This document shows, in pieces, positions 50,126 to 60,723 of a stretch of DNA of 64,000 bases. The notes under the pieces were generated by a model. That model was not told where the DNA came from, did no database searches, and worked only from the letters and a program-made list of their open reading frames with translations. A program made the translations under genes and the position numbers. Source of the stretch: Alteromonadaceae bacterium (GTDB lineage Bacteria; Pseudomonadota; Gammaproteobacteria; Enterobacterales; Alteromonadaceae); contig JABSOI010000019.1 in the NCBI GenBank assembly GCA_013216015.1, positions 42,316 through 106,315 on the forward strand, written 5' to 3'. Numbering within the stretch: position 1 is the first letter of the stretch; each line of letters begins with the position of its first letter.

Positions 50126-52450
50126 TTGATGTTTAGGCGTTCTCCAAAAGAGTATTTATTACTGGTTTTTACTTGTTTTACTGGTATTGCTATATTGCCC
50201 TTTATTGTTATTCGTGTTTCTCAACAAGACTGGATCACTGCTACCGTTGATACCATTATCTCGTGTGGAATGGCGATTATTTTTGCTTATGTATATAAAA
50301 CGAGAAAAATAGAAAAACCAAATAAAACTTTAGTTTTATTGGCAATAATTGGTGTGCTTGTAACCGTGTATGTGAAAGGTGTTTCGCATGTTTATTGGGT
50401 TCACCCAGCAATTATAGCAACCTATTATTTATATCAAACACGTAGGGCGGTTGTTATTAACGCATTGTTAGTGTTAATAATATCGATATTTATTTCCCCC
50501 CAAGTAGAGATTATTCAACTTTTAACGATTTTTACTACACTGGTAATGACAAGTATTTTTGCTTGTGTTTTTGCAGTAAGCGCAGGCAAGCAACATAAAG
50601 TTCTTATTGAAAATGAAAAGATCAGTCGTTTACGTAATAAAACACTTGAACTCATTGTTAACTCAGAAAAATTATCAGAAATTTTATATTCCATCGTACA
50701 AAATGTTGAGCTTGAATATGATGATATGATGTGTAGCATTTTGTTACTTGATGATTCAGGTAAGCATTTACTTGGTGGCGCTGCTCCGAGTTTACCTGAC
50801 TTCTATAATCAAGCTATTAACGGCGTTGAAATTGGTGACGGCGTTGGTAGCTGTGGTACAGCGGCTTATTTAGGCAAAAGAGTTGTTGTTGAAGATATTA
50901 TGACTCATCCATATTGGGCGCCATGGACTGATTTGGCAGCTAAAGCTGGACTAGGCTCGTGCTGGTCGGAGCCTATTATTAATTCACATGGTATTGTACT
51001 GGGTACTTTTGCCATTTATCACAAAGAGGTAAAACAACCGTCGTCGAAAGATTTTGAATTAATAAGTCAATTTGCCCACTTAGCCAGTATTTCCATTGAG
51101 AAAGAAAAAAGTAGTCAAATGATATGGCAACAGGCGAATTTTGATAATCTTACTGCTTTACCTAATCGCCGTATGATGTATGAACATTTAAAACAAGCAA
51201 TTAACAGTGCCAAACGCAATAAGAGTAAAGTCGCTGTGGCATTTCTGGATCTAGATGAATTTAAATATGTAAATGACACGCTAGGGCATGATATTGGTGA
51301 TGAATTATTAAAAGAAACAGCGATACGTATAAAAAACTGTATAAGAGACAATGATACGGTTGCGCGCCTGGGAGGTGATGAATTTGTTATTATTCTCTCT
51401 GATTTAAATGACATGGAAGGTGTTGAACATGTCGCTGATAAGTTACTGAAACAATTATCTCTTCCTTATTATTTGAATGAGGAAGTGGTACATAGTTCCG
51501 TTAGCATTGGCATCACAATTTATCCTGATGATACGCTTACAGTTGAATCGCTATTAAAAAATGCCGATCAAGCTATGTATGGTGCTAAAAATTTAGGCCG
51601 CAATAATTATCATTATTTTACCGAGAGTATGCGAGACAATGCATTAAGCAGAATGCAGTTGATTCAAGATCTACGTGACGCGATCAAAAATGAAGAGTTT
51701 TTTGTTGTATATCAACCTATTGTTAACTTACAAACGGGTAAAACAATTAAAGCGGAAGCACTTATTCGTTGGCAACACCCGTCCAGAGGGATTGTAAGTC
51801 CGTTAGATTTTATTCCATTAGCTGAAGAAACTGGGCTGATTATTGATATCAGCGATTGGATGTTCCAACAAATTTTACCTTTAGTTACCAAATGGAAACA
51901 GAATTATCATCCTGATTTTGAAGTCAGTATTAACACTTCCCCACTTCAATATAGGGATGATACAGGAAACATAAGGCAATGGATTAAACAGCTTAAAAAC
52001 AATAACCAAAATTCAACAGGTATTGCGTTTGAAATTACTGAACATTTATTGATGGAAAATAAAGATGACGTCGCAAAAATTTTAAAAGCAGCACAAAGTG
52101 AGGGGATCGCTATATCTATTGACAATTTTGGTACAGGGTATTCTTCGTTGTCATATTTACAGAATTACCAAACGGATTATTTGAAAATTGATATGAGTTT
52201 CGTGCAGAAACTGTCAACGAAATATGAAGATCTTGCTTTATGTGAAGCTATAGTTGCAATGGCCAATGTATTGAATATAAGGACTATTGCTGAAGGTGTT
52301 GAAACACAAGAACAAAAAGAGATACTCTGCAATATGGGGTGTGATTATGGGCAAGGTTATCTATTTTCAAAACCATTAATCGAAGAAGAGTTTGAATCAT
52401 TTTTAGGAATAAATGAAAGCAGTAAATTAGATTGTGAAATTGCTTTATAA
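50126..52450 (+). CDS. Membrane sensor-GAF-GGDEF-EAL c-di-GMP turnover protein
   Basis: 5-6 N-terminal TMs. GAF-like segment. RLGGDEFVI (GGDEF). EALIRW…DNFGTGYSS…EGVE (EAL). Confidence 0.85.
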   Translation: MMFRRSPKEYLLLVFTCFTGIAILPFIVIRVSQQDWITATVDTIISCGMAIIFAYVYKTRKIEKPNKTLVLLAIIGVLVTVYVKGVSHVYWVHPAIIATYYLYQTRRAVVINALLVLIISIFISPQVEIIQLLTIFTTLVMTSIFACVFAVSAGKQHKVLIENEKISRLRNKTLELIVNSEKLSEILYSIVQNVELEYDDMMCSILLLDDSGKHLLGGAAPSLPDFYNQAINGVEIGDGVGSCGTAAYLGKRVVVEDIMTHPYWAPWTDLAAKAGLGSCWSEPIINSHGIVLGTFAIYHKEVKQPSSKDFELISQFAHLASISIEKEKSSQMIWQQANFDNLTALPNRRMMYEHLKQAINSAKRNKSKVAVAFLDLDEFKYVNDTLGHDIGDELLKETAIRIKNCIRDNDTVARLGGDEFVIILSDLNDMEGVEHVADKLLKQLSLPYYLNEEVVHSSVSIGITIYPDDTLTVESLLKNADQAMYGAKNLGRNNYHYFTESMRDNALSRMQLIQDLRDAIKNEEFFVVYQPIVNLQTGKTIKAEALIRWQHPSRGIVSPLDFIPLAEETGLIIDISDWMFQQILPLVTKWKQNYHPDFEVSINTSPLQYRDDTGNIRQWIKQLKNNNQNSTGIAFEITEHLLMENKDDVAKILKAAQSEGIAISIDNFGTGYSSLSYLQNYQTDYLKIDMSFVQKLSTKYEDLALCEAIVAMANVLNIRTIAEGVETQEQKEILCNMGCDYGQGYLFSKPLIEEEFESFLGINESSKLDCEIAL

Positions 52451-52477
52451 GTGATTGCTTAATAACTAATGGGTATA

Positions 52478-52550
52478 AAAGTACTATTAAATAGTACGGA
52501 TAGTGTCAGTGGGATGTCCCTAGTAGACATCCCGTTCAGGACTGACACTC
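52478..52550. terminator. Bidirectional terminator region (two hairpins) between convergent genes
   Basis: agtactattaaatagtact and agtgtcagtgggatgtc…gacatccc…actgacact. Confidence 0.4.
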
Positions 52551-52551
52551 G

Positions 52552-53355
52552 TTATAAAAGCTGGCTAATTGTCCCGTCAGATTTTAATACCACAGCTTTG
52601 CTAAGAAGCTCATTGTTTTTTAAATACTGACCAATGGTTGTGAAGGTTGCTGTGTATACTTTTCGCGGATGATCTTTGGTTGAAACGTCATCCATGAACA
52701 AATTTCCTAATAGTAATTTAAAAGGGCTAGCCTTCACTTTCTGTGGCTTGAAATGTTGTTTTGAGTTGGCTTTTAGTTGTTCAATATCCGTAGTTTGATA
52801 AATACCGGAGTTAATCACATTCAAAGTATGCTCTGTACAATTTTGGAAGATATTGTTAAATGGATTAGCAATCACCGAATAGTTTTCGTTGTGCATTACT
52901 TTGTCTTTGCCGCTGGCTATAACGTCAATAATGCGCTGTTGAACGTTTGGTGCAGGAATAATTATTCCTACTTTCAGACTATTGACCCCCCAAAAAAAAT
53001 CTACCGGGTAATCAATAACTAGTTCACTTTTATCTAAATGATTTTCCTTTTGATAAAGGTTATGAATAGCATAGCCTTTAACATTTTCACCTGATTCAAG
53101 CGTAATTGAAGAATAAACAGCAATTGCCGTGTGGGTAAATTTTATCCCCTTGGGCAAGTCTTTTTCGGCTCGTCCTACTCTAGCAATAATAAAAGCCCTA
53201 GCGCCTTCATTTGCTGCATAATGCTCGACATTTTTAGCAAATTTTTCTACAGTTTCTACAGAGTATTTAATCTCTGTATTTTGTGCGCTACCTGCAAATA
53301 CCGGTAGAGAAACTAGTGCAGCAATAGCAAAAATAGACCGTAATAATTTATTCAT
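52552..53355 (-). CDS. Secreted hypothetical protein
   Basis: Signal peptide. No recognised motif. ATGA overlap with the upstream small gene. Confidence 0.45.
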   Translation of the reverse strand: MNKLLRSIFAIAALVSLPVFAGSAQNTEIKYSVETVEKFAKNVEHYAANEGARAFIIARVGRAEKDLPKGIKFTHTAIAVYSSITLESGENVKGYAIHNLYQKENHLDKSELVIDYPVDFFWGVNSLKVGIIIPAPNVQQRIIDVIASGKDKVMHNENYSVIANPFNNIFQNCTEHTLNVINSGIYQTTDIEQLKANSKQHFKPQKVKASPFKLLLGNLFMDDVSTKDHPRKVYTATFTTIGQYLKNNELLSKAVVLKSDGTISQLL

Positions 53356-53702
53356 TATATATTCCCCTGTGTATTTTTGTTTCTACTGTTATTTATCATT
53401 TGTTGTGGAGATGGGGCTGCGGTAATTGTCTTGTCAGTTATCTCCAGCGGCTTATTTTCAACAGCATTTTTCATCAGCGTACTTCCTGCTTGCAATGAAA
53501 CGTTTCCTACAGAGCCTGCAATAATTAATGGTGTTGCTATCACTGCGCTTCCTATTTTTGCACTGGCTAATGCTCCATGCGAAGCCGCTAATGCTGAGTG
53601 CTTACTAGCTGCACTGGCATTTTGTGACGCTCCACTGTCAGCTAAAGAATGGAAACTTGTCATTGTTAGTGCAATTAATAGAACTTTATTTAATGTTTTC
53701 AT
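53355..53702 (-). CDS. Small secreted Ala/Ser-rich protein
   Basis: Signal peptide. Coupled to the downstream gene. Confidence 0.4.
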   Translation of the reverse strand: MKTLNKVLLIALTMTSFHSLADSGASQNASAASKHSALAASHGALASAKIGSAVIATPLIIAGSVGNVSLQAGSTLMKNAVENKPLEITDKTITAAPSPQQMINNSRNKNTQGNI

Positions 53703-53818
53703 CTTGCTTCCTTTATGTATGTTAAAAACAAGATTGATTATGAACTAAGAATTGAATAAATAAACCTATGTGTGTAATGTATCGTTTAAATACACTATTG
53801 GTATAGGAATACAATACT

Positions 53819-54553
53819 ATGAGTCAGTTGGATGAAGTCTGTGATACATTGAAACGAACCCTGAAACAGCAAAACATCACGTATAAAGCGCTTGCTAAGC
53901 AGTTAAATATGAGTGAGGCGAATGTCAAAAGAATGTTCTCATTAAAACAATTCTCACTCGCTCGATTAGAAGATATTTGCCATGTTGCATGTATTAGTTT
54001 GTCTGACTTATTTGTGTTGATAGAAAAACAAAAAGACAAGCTTGTTCAGTTATCGCCTGAACAAGAGCAAGAATTAGTGGATGATGTTAAGTTATTCCTG
54101 GTAGCGGCCTGTGTGCGTGACGGATGGAGTTTTGATGAAATAATTCATCATTATCAAATTAATCAATTCGAATGTATCCAATTAATGGCTAAGTTAGATC
54201 GATTGAAAATCATTCAGTTATTACCAAATAATCAATATAAAATACTTATTGCTCAAGACTTTCAATGGATACCCAACGGACCACTTGAGCGATTTATGGA
54301 AAAAGAGGGTATTGGTAAATTTATGGCATCGAGTTTTGTTGGTGAAAATAGTTTCAGGTTTTATATACGTGGCACATACAGCCAAACTTCCATTGATATT
54401 ATTGAACGGAAATTAAATCAGTTAAAAAAAGAAGTGGCTTTATTAAATCAGGAAGATGCGTCATTACCTTTAGAAAATCGCCAGCATATCGGGTTGTTAT
54501 TGGCTATGCGCCCGTGGGAATTGTCGCAGTTTGAGCAACTGCGTAAATCCTGA
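53819..54553 (+). CDS. XRE-family HTH transcriptional regulator
   Basis: N-terminal ITYKALAKQLNMSEANVKRMF HTH. Confidence 0.6.
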   Translation: MSQLDEVCDTLKRTLKQQNITYKALAKQLNMSEANVKRMFSLKQFSLARLEDICHVACISLSDLFVLIEKQKDKLVQLSPEQEQELVDDVKLFLVAACVRDGWSFDEIIHHYQINQFECIQLMAKLDRLKIIQLLPNNQYKILIAQDFQWIPNGPLERFMEKEGIGKFMASSFVGENSFRFYIRGTYSQTSIDIIERKLNQLKKEVALLNQEDASLPLENRQHIGLLLAMRPWELSQFEQLRKS

Positions 54554-54697
54554 TACTTATACTTTTCATGATGTCTGCCCATTTAAGCCCAAATTTACTG
54601 AGGTATTTATGCCAGCGATTGGAATCATTGGGTTGAGACTGTAATGTTCGACTAACATTAAAAGGTAAAACGTAGTAAATAAATTAAGGAACTAATA

Positions 54698-55921
54698 ATG
54701 TGTAAAAATTATAACGTTATTGAGACTGAAGGAAGAGCAACTATCAAGGCTTGGACCAAGGGTGTTCCATTTGAAGAAAAAGCTAAGCAGCAATTAAATA
54801 ATATGGCGAGTATGTCATTAGTGCATTCACATATTGCGGTAATGCCAGACGTACATTTAGGTAAGGGTGCAACAATAGGTAGTGTTATTCCTTCGGTGAA
54901 AGCTGTTATACCGGCTGCGGTGGGAGTTGATATTGGTTGTGGAATGGTCGCTACAAAAACCACATTAACAGCTAGTCAGTTACCTGATAATTTATCGGCA
55001 ATCAGGCACGCTTTTGAGGCAGCAGTTCCACATGGAAGAACCAGCGGTCGTGGAAGAACTGATCGAGGTTCTTGGCATAACGTTCCTGATATTGTTGCCA
55101 GTGAGTGGTTAAAGTTACAAGCACGTTTTGAGCTAATTTGTGCAAAACATCCTGTAATCAAGAAAACCAATAATGTTATTCACTTAGGTACAATGGGTAC
55201 TGGCAATCACTTCTTGGAGCTATGTTTAGATGAAAATGATGCTGTGTGGATCATGTTGCACTCAGGTAGTCGTGGTGTTGGTAATAGAATAGGCACTTAT
55301 TTTATTGAGCTTGCCAAAAAAGAAATGATGCGTCATCAGATTAATTTACCTGATATGGACTTGGCTTATCTGGAAGAAGGGAGTGATTATTTTGATGACT
55401 ATGTTGAAGCGGTTGAATGGGCGCAAGATTTTGCCACTAAAAATCGTGAAATAATGATGTTTAATGCCATTGCGGCGCTCAGAAAACAATTACCTGTCAA
55501 GTTTTCAATCGCAGAGTTAGCGGTGAATTGTCATCATAACTATATATCGCGAGAGCATCATTTTGGTAAAGACTGTTATGTCACAAGAAAGGGAGCTGTT
55601 CGAGCTCGAAAAGGTGAAATGGGCATTATTCCCGGCAGTATGGGGGCTCGTTCTTTTATCGTTCGGGGATTAGGTAACCCGGAAAGTTTTAACAGCTGTA
55701 GTCATGGTGCCGGACGTGTGATGTCTAGAACACAGGCTAAAAAAATATATAACGTAGCGGATCAAATTGCGGCAACTCAAGGCGTAGAATGTAGAAAAGA
55801 TGCGTCGGTAATTGATGAAATTCCACATGCATACAAGGACATTGATAAAGTCATGGAAGCCCAGAAGGACTTAGTTGAAGTGGTACACACCTTGAAGCAA
55901 GTAGTTTGTGTGAAAGGATGA
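54698..55921 (+). CDS. rtcB: RNA-splicing ligase RtcB
   Basis: Near collinear match to E. coli RtcB motifs: KAWTKGVP…HIAVMPDVHLGKG…GTGNHF…HSGSRGVGN…CHHNY…GAGR…VVCVKG. 407 aa. Confidence 0.92.
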   Translation: MCKNYNVIETEGRATIKAWTKGVPFEEKAKQQLNNMASMSLVHSHIAVMPDVHLGKGATIGSVIPSVKAVIPAAVGVDIGCGMVATKTTLTASQLPDNLSAIRHAFEAAVPHGRTSGRGRTDRGSWHNVPDIVASEWLKLQARFELICAKHPVIKKTNNVIHLGTMGTGNHFLELCLDENDAVWIMLHSGSRGVGNRIGTYFIELAKKEMMRHQINLPDMDLAYLEEGSDYFDDYVEAVEWAQDFATKNREIMMFNAIAALRKQLPVKFSIAELAVNCHHNYISREHHFGKDCYVTRKGAVRARKGEMGIIPGSMGARSFIVRGLGNPESFNSCSHGAGRVMSRTQAKKIYNVADQIAATQGVECRKDASVIDEIPHAYKDIDKVMEAQKDLVEVVHTLKQVVCVKG

Positions 55922-56166
55922 TGATTAGTGAATGAAAGGATAAGAGTTAATGATAATAAAATTCTTGATGGTGCAATTTCATAACTACTTGAACGTAAAT
56001 GTGTCAGCTTGGGAAAAGCAATGGCTCTAGCTATTCCAATTCTGAATGAGTTTATTGAAATGGAGCTAGAACGGCTAGAAAGGTATGGTGAAAAATCTAA
56101 GGAAAGAAGCGTTGGTTTTAACGCTTTGAATGAATTGTTTCTTGAAATATTGGCGCATGATTGAAG

Positions 56167-56256
56167 GACAAAAACCCCATCATCTAACCTAGTGCAAATA
56201 TTCCATAGAAGAACCCCTTATTAATAAAGGGCTCCAAGAGGGATTTCCTAGGTATA
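56167..56256. repeat. R4 element (inverted orientation)
   Basis: caaaaaccccatcatctaacctagtgcaaat…cctaggtat. Confidence 0.7.
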
Positions 56257-56307
56257 AGGACAAGTTACCCGTATTCGTACGAGTAACTATAAAAATAACA
56301 ATGTAAA

Positions 56308-58338
56308 TTATTTACTCAATAAAAGCTCATTGATAAGAGAATGATGCTCTTGTAAAGAAATGTGCTTTAATGCCCTGACAAAATCCATCGAAGTGGCAGG
56401 TGTATTTGGGTAGGCATGCTGTAACCAAAGCGATTTAAGCGCTGCTATTATGGCCTTATCCCCTACAGTTTCGCGTAGTTTGGCAAACGCTAAGGTGGCT
56501 CGCGAATACACATCATGGTCTTGCATGGCATCTACAAGAGCGACTGGTGCCTGTAAATTATTGCGTTCGCTGAGATCAAAGCGTTTTTGTTCATACACGA
56601 CCAGAGAGAGCATAGCTTCTCGCCCATAATGTTTTTCAAGTAAAACCAGTTCGATGTATTTGACCAAAGATTCTGCAAGAAATGAGTGGTCTTCAGGAAC
56701 ACCATTACCAATGCCATGACCAAACCATTGATGCGAAGTTTCATGAACAGCTCGGCGATAACGTTGGTCAAAGCCTGCATTTGAGGATGGCACGGCGCGA
56801 AAACCTAATTTTTCACTTATCAGTATAATCTCCGGCAAGGTATAGCCAGCAGGACCTAAATCAGGTGTAGCGACTAAGTTAAGCTGAGCAGCGTTATAAG
56901 GAGATATGTGTTTGGCAAACCAATCTAATGTATCTGTTATTGCCTTAATGTGTAATTGGGCGGCTTGGTTTTTATGCGGAGTATACACATTGATGGTGGT
57001 ACCCTTGATGGTTTTGGATACGGCAGAATAAGGCACTGATAACCACGCTGGAATGGCGCGAACAGGCTTTTTAGTTTGGTATTTAAAGTAAGAGCGTTTG
57101 TTGTCTTGCCAGCTGCTTATTAACTCACCCTGGCTAATCGCATAATGGCCTTTGAGGGTTGAAATTACAGTACTCAGAGACGACCATTGATAAGCCCCAG
57201 AGTTATTGGTTTCATCTTTAAAAAGTACAGAAGGCAACTGTCGCTTAATTTCTTTCAGGTTATACTTTGCTCGGACTTGTGCATTTTTTAACTGATAATC
57301 AACTTGATAGCCGATAGTTGGTAGCAGTGTGAAAGAGCGAAGATAGGTAAACTCTGGCTTAACGACTTGATGTGAACGATGTGGCCATACTTGTGGTTGT
57401 TTAAAGGTAAACTCTGCGTGCAAAATACGCTGCTCGTTCGGTAATATTGCCTGTGAGAACTGGTAAGTTCCTTGGTTAAGATCAGCATTAAATTCAACCA
57501 GTGTGGCTCCATCGAGCGTGATATCACCAAAACCGTAATTGCCATATCGCCCGACTAAAACCTGTTTGATTGGTGTGCGGGTACGATTTTCTAACGTGTA
57601 ACTAAGTTTGAAATTGGCAAGTTGCTGCTCTGGGTAAATATCAATTTTAGAATCAATGTGAACAACTGAAGGTTGTGGTTTGTGCTGCCAGTCATCTAAG
57701 TCAGTTTCATACTGTGCTTTCCATGCTTCACGTTTGTCAGAATTAACCAATGGTTTTTCGCTGATCAGTGATAGATGCAAGTTCAAGCCGATAAATAAAG
57801 TAATAAAACACGAGACGAGTATTCTTCCTGGTAAGTGCTTTATTGAGGCTCTTCCAAGGCCTGTTCCGCGATGTGAAAAGTTAGTGGCAAGTAAAAACAG
57901 GCTAATACAAGCTGCTAACCATACAGTCATGTAGGGCAAGTAAACTGACGCACTGGCGCTATAACCCCAAAAGTTATCAGGAGCTTGAAGGGGGGAGTCA
58001 GCAATATTCCAAAGTGTATGGGTCATCCCTAACGAAGTGGCGAGTCCGGTAAATTTTATCAATAAAATTAGGGCGATAATAATGCCGGATATAACGCTTG
58101 AGCGATAAATGTGATGTATGCAAATAAATATGGTGCCAAGCAATAGTAGCGGTAAACCCGTTAGGCTTAACTGCACCACATAGTGATGAAATAACAATTC
58201 ACTGCCAGCAAACAGTTCAGCAATGCTGCTGCCGACGAAAGTAAGCAAAAGAAGCAATGCCAGCATCACAGTAAGCGCAATAACTTGAGCCAAAACAAGT
58301 TGGATATTGGAAATTGGTGAAGCGGCGATCAGCTCCAA
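56308..58338 (-). CDS. Membrane M1-family zinc-peptidase-like protein (TM N-terminus plus M1 domain); paralogue of C-terminal half of 34906-38559
   Basis: HETSHQWFGHG…E. GYTLPE in place of GAMEN. TTG start. 10-nt overlap with the upstream permease ORF. Confidence 0.7.
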   Translation of the reverse strand: MELIAASPISNIQLVLAQVIALTVMLALLLLLTFVGSSIAELFAGSELLFHHYVVQLSLTGLPLLLLGTIFICIHHIYRSSVISGIIIALILLIKFTGLATSLGMTHTLWNIADSPLQAPDNFWGYSASASVYLPYMTVWLAACISLFLLATNFSHRGTGLGRASIKHLPGRILVSCFITLFIGLNLHLSLISEKPLVNSDKREAWKAQYETDLDDWQHKPQPSVVHIDSKIDIYPEQQLANFKLSYTLENRTRTPIKQVLVGRYGNYGFGDITLDGATLVEFNADLNQGTYQFSQAILPNEQRILHAEFTFKQPQVWPHRSHQVVKPEFTYLRSFTLLPTIGYQVDYQLKNAQVRAKYNLKEIKRQLPSVLFKDETNNSGAYQWSSLSTVISTLKGHYAISQGELISSWQDNKRSYFKYQTKKPVRAIPAWLSVPYSAVSKTIKGTTINVYTPHKNQAAQLHIKAITDTLDWFAKHISPYNAAQLNLVATPDLGPAGYTLPEIILISEKLGFRAVPSSNAGFDQRYRRAVHETSHQWFGHGIGNGVPEDHSFLAESLVKYIELVLLEKHYGREAMLSLVVYEQKRFDLSERNNLQAPVALVDAMQDHDVYSRATLAFAKLRETVGDKAIIAALKSLWLQHAYPNTPATSMDFVRALKHISLQEHHSLINELLLSK

Positions 58339-59402
58339 AGGGCAATTATAAACGCGCCTATGACTGGAAGCACCTCAAAAGCAACACGGTTGAGCGCATC
58401 TATACTATTTGGCACGATGACAGACAGTGGCTCTACATATTGGATGCCAGGGAGCACCTCATTAAAGATTAAAATTGGCCAAATGAAGAGTATGACTTGC
58501 GTTACCCGGCTGTACAACAGGGTAAAGAGCGGTATTTTAATTAACTGCATGAGAGGCGACTTGGGCAACCAGTATTTTGACCTTGGTTGATCTTTGGCGA
58601 GTTCAGGCTGTGCAGCAAAAGTATCGAGCTGTTTTTTAGTCGTCTTTGACTTTATTTTTATAGTTAGCGTGAAATACACAAGCGCAACACTTACCAGCAG
58701 ATACGCTAAGCGGTTTGCCATCAGTTCACCGCTAATATAGCTATTTGCTGACTTTATGCTATCGAGTACAGCACTGAGGCCATAGGGATCAAACCATAAC
58801 ATAGCGTTATAAAAAGTATCGTTGACCAGACTGCTACCGGCAATGATCACAGAACCTGTCATGCTGGCCAGAACCAGGTAACCCATACCAAATACCGCGA
58901 AGCTGACATAAATAACCATGACACTTTGCAGGTAAATCGAGAGCCAGAGCGCAAGCGCTGTACCAAATAATACCCCAGGTAATACCAGAAATATTAGGTT
59001 GAGCATTGTCAGGGTGAAAAACTCCGTAACAAAGCCCATCTGAAGCGAATACAAGCAAAACGTAATAAGAAAGCTTGAAATAAATATCAGCATAATAAGG
59101 CTGACAATAGCACAATAGCGGAGTAACCAGCGTTTATTACTGGTTATGGGTGTGCTGTGGATAAGCTCCGTCATGTTGGCTGCCGTATCGCGCAGGTATA
59201 CAACGGGCGATAACATCCCCAGCAAGATAGGCAATGCTAAAATAATGAGGGTGAATTGGGTGAAATGTAGCTGATTTTCCGGGCTATAATCACCTTCAGG
59301 AATGCCTACTGAGAGTAAATAGGCAAAAAGCGGCATAATGAACAGGCTCAACAATACGAGCGGCTGACGTAAACAAAATCGCAATTCATTGATAAACAAC
59401 AT
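58329..59402 (-). CDS. ABC-2-type permease-like membrane protein; paralogue of N-terminal half of 34906-38559
   Basis: MLFINELRFCLRQPLVLLSLF… aligns with MMLSLLKFEWQLHSRQPVFMLGLL…. GGAG RBS upstream. No ATPase gene adjacent. Confidence 0.65.
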   Translation of the reverse strand: MLFINELRFCLRQPLVLLSLFIMPLFAYLLSVGIPEGDYSPENQLHFTQFTLIILALPILLGMLSPVVYLRDTAANMTELIHSTPITSNKRWLLRYCAIVSLIMLIFISSFLITFCLYSLQMGFVTEFFTLTMLNLIFLVLPGVLFGTALALWLSIYLQSVMVIYVSFAVFGMGYLVLASMTGSVIIAGSSLVNDTFYNAMLWFDPYGLSAVLDSIKSANSYISGELMANRLAYLLVSVALVYFTLTIKIKSKTTKKQLDTFAAQPELAKDQPRSKYWLPKSPLMQLIKIPLFTLLYSRVTQVILFIWPILIFNEVLPGIQYVEPLSVIVPNSIDALNRVAFEVLPVIGAFIIALWS

Positions 59403-59496
59403 TAGCTATTCTCCTTTGCCATAAGTTCAAAAAAATACCTGTCTTGCAAACTTGCTTCAGCCAAAGTGGCATCTTCAGCAGGTTTGGTTTTGCTGA

Positions 59497-59745
59497 TATT
59501 ACATTGCAGAAGCCTACGGCAACTATGTAAAGCTTTGGCGGGGCGATGATATTACATTAGTTAGCAGTAGTTTGAAGCTAGTAATTGAACAACTGCCAAA
59601 TAAACAGTTTACTCAGGTGCACAAGTCTTTCGTCGTTAACAATTCTAAAGTTGCGGCGGTGGAAACAGAGTTTCTCACACTTGAATGTGGTCGAATTATT
59701 AAAGTCGGGAAGTCGTTTAAGAAAATGGTGCAGCAGCTGCTTTAA
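59497..59745 (+). pseudogene. C-terminal fragment of a LytTR DNA-binding domain gene
   Basis: YYIAEAYGNYVKLWRGDDITLVSSSLKLVIEQLPNKQFTQVHKSFVVN… No receiver domain or start upstream. Confidence 0.5.
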
Positions 59746-60046
59746 CTGTTGAAATTCCTCAATGGCGTTTACCATTATTAAAATAATAGGCTGTATCTAG
59801 CTTTTATATTTCTGGGCTTGGTTTTTAATTTTAATGGTATGATCTGGTGTCATTTGTTAGTTTGATCTTCATCGTCATTGAGTTTAAAAATAAAGCACAA
59901 TAAATCCATTTCAAAGTTACTCAATAAACTGACAGGTAGCTTGTTTTTGTGTTTTGGTATTAAAATGGCGCTTAGTTAGAAAAGCTAATAAAACATTTAA
60001 CATTTAATGCTTAGCACCAAACGGCATATTGTAAGGAGAATTTAGG

Positions 60047-60607
60047 TTGAACTTTCCAGAATTTGAAACACGGCGTTTAAAACTAACCATGTTGTCCAGA
60101 CACGATGTGAATAGTATATATAAATTATTTTCTGATGAGTCAGTCATTCAATATTATGATCTTGAAGCTTTTATAAGTGAGTCTCAAGCATTGAATCTAA
60201 TTGATTTTTTCAATACTCGTTTTACGGACGAACTTGGAATCAGGTGGGGAATTCGGTTAAAGGAAACTGATCAATTAATTGGCACGTGTGGTTTTAATTC
60301 ATGGAGTGTCCCAATGAAAAATGCTGTTCTAGGTTATGATTTATACCCTTCTTTTTGGGGAAAGGGGTATACAACAGAGGCGGTTCATCGAATTGTAAAA
60401 GCGGTATTTTCAGGCGAATTAGTTTGTGGCGAGCTTAATCGAATTCAGGCAGATACCGTGCCTGGTAATACGGCCTCCGAATCGTTATTGTTAAAAATTG
60501 GTTTTAAGGAAGAAGGGCTTCGTCGCCAGAGCGGTTATTGGAAAGGTCAATTTCATGATCTTAAATGCTTTGGGTTAATTAAGTCCGAGTACAGTGAAAT
60601 AAAATAA
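60047..60607 (+). CDS. GNAT-family N-acetyltransferase (RimJ/RimL-like)
   Basis: WGKGYTTEAV motif A region. 186 aa. Confidence 0.75.
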   Translation: MNFPEFETRRLKLTMLSRHDVNSIYKLFSDESVIQYYDLEAFISESQALNLIDFFNTRFTDELGIRWGIRLKETDQLIGTCGFNSWSVPMKNAVLGYDLYPSFWGKGYTTEAVHRIVKAVFSGELVCGELNRIQADTVPGNTASESLLLKIGFKEEGLRRQSGYWKGQFHDLKCFGLIKSEYSEIK

Positions 60608-60723
60608 TAGTGAACCCACAAGGCGTGGTTTTTTGCATAAATTCTTAAAAGTACGCCAATAATCTGTGTAGCAAATGTAGAAATAATAAGGCAGAATAAA
60701 AGAATAAAAAGGAGGATATTTGT

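Noticed and set aside
49938-50129. 63-aa ORF upstream of the GGDEF-EAL gene
   Set aside because: It overlaps the start region and a T9 tract, has no motifs and is hydrophobic junk. It is more likely 5' UTR.
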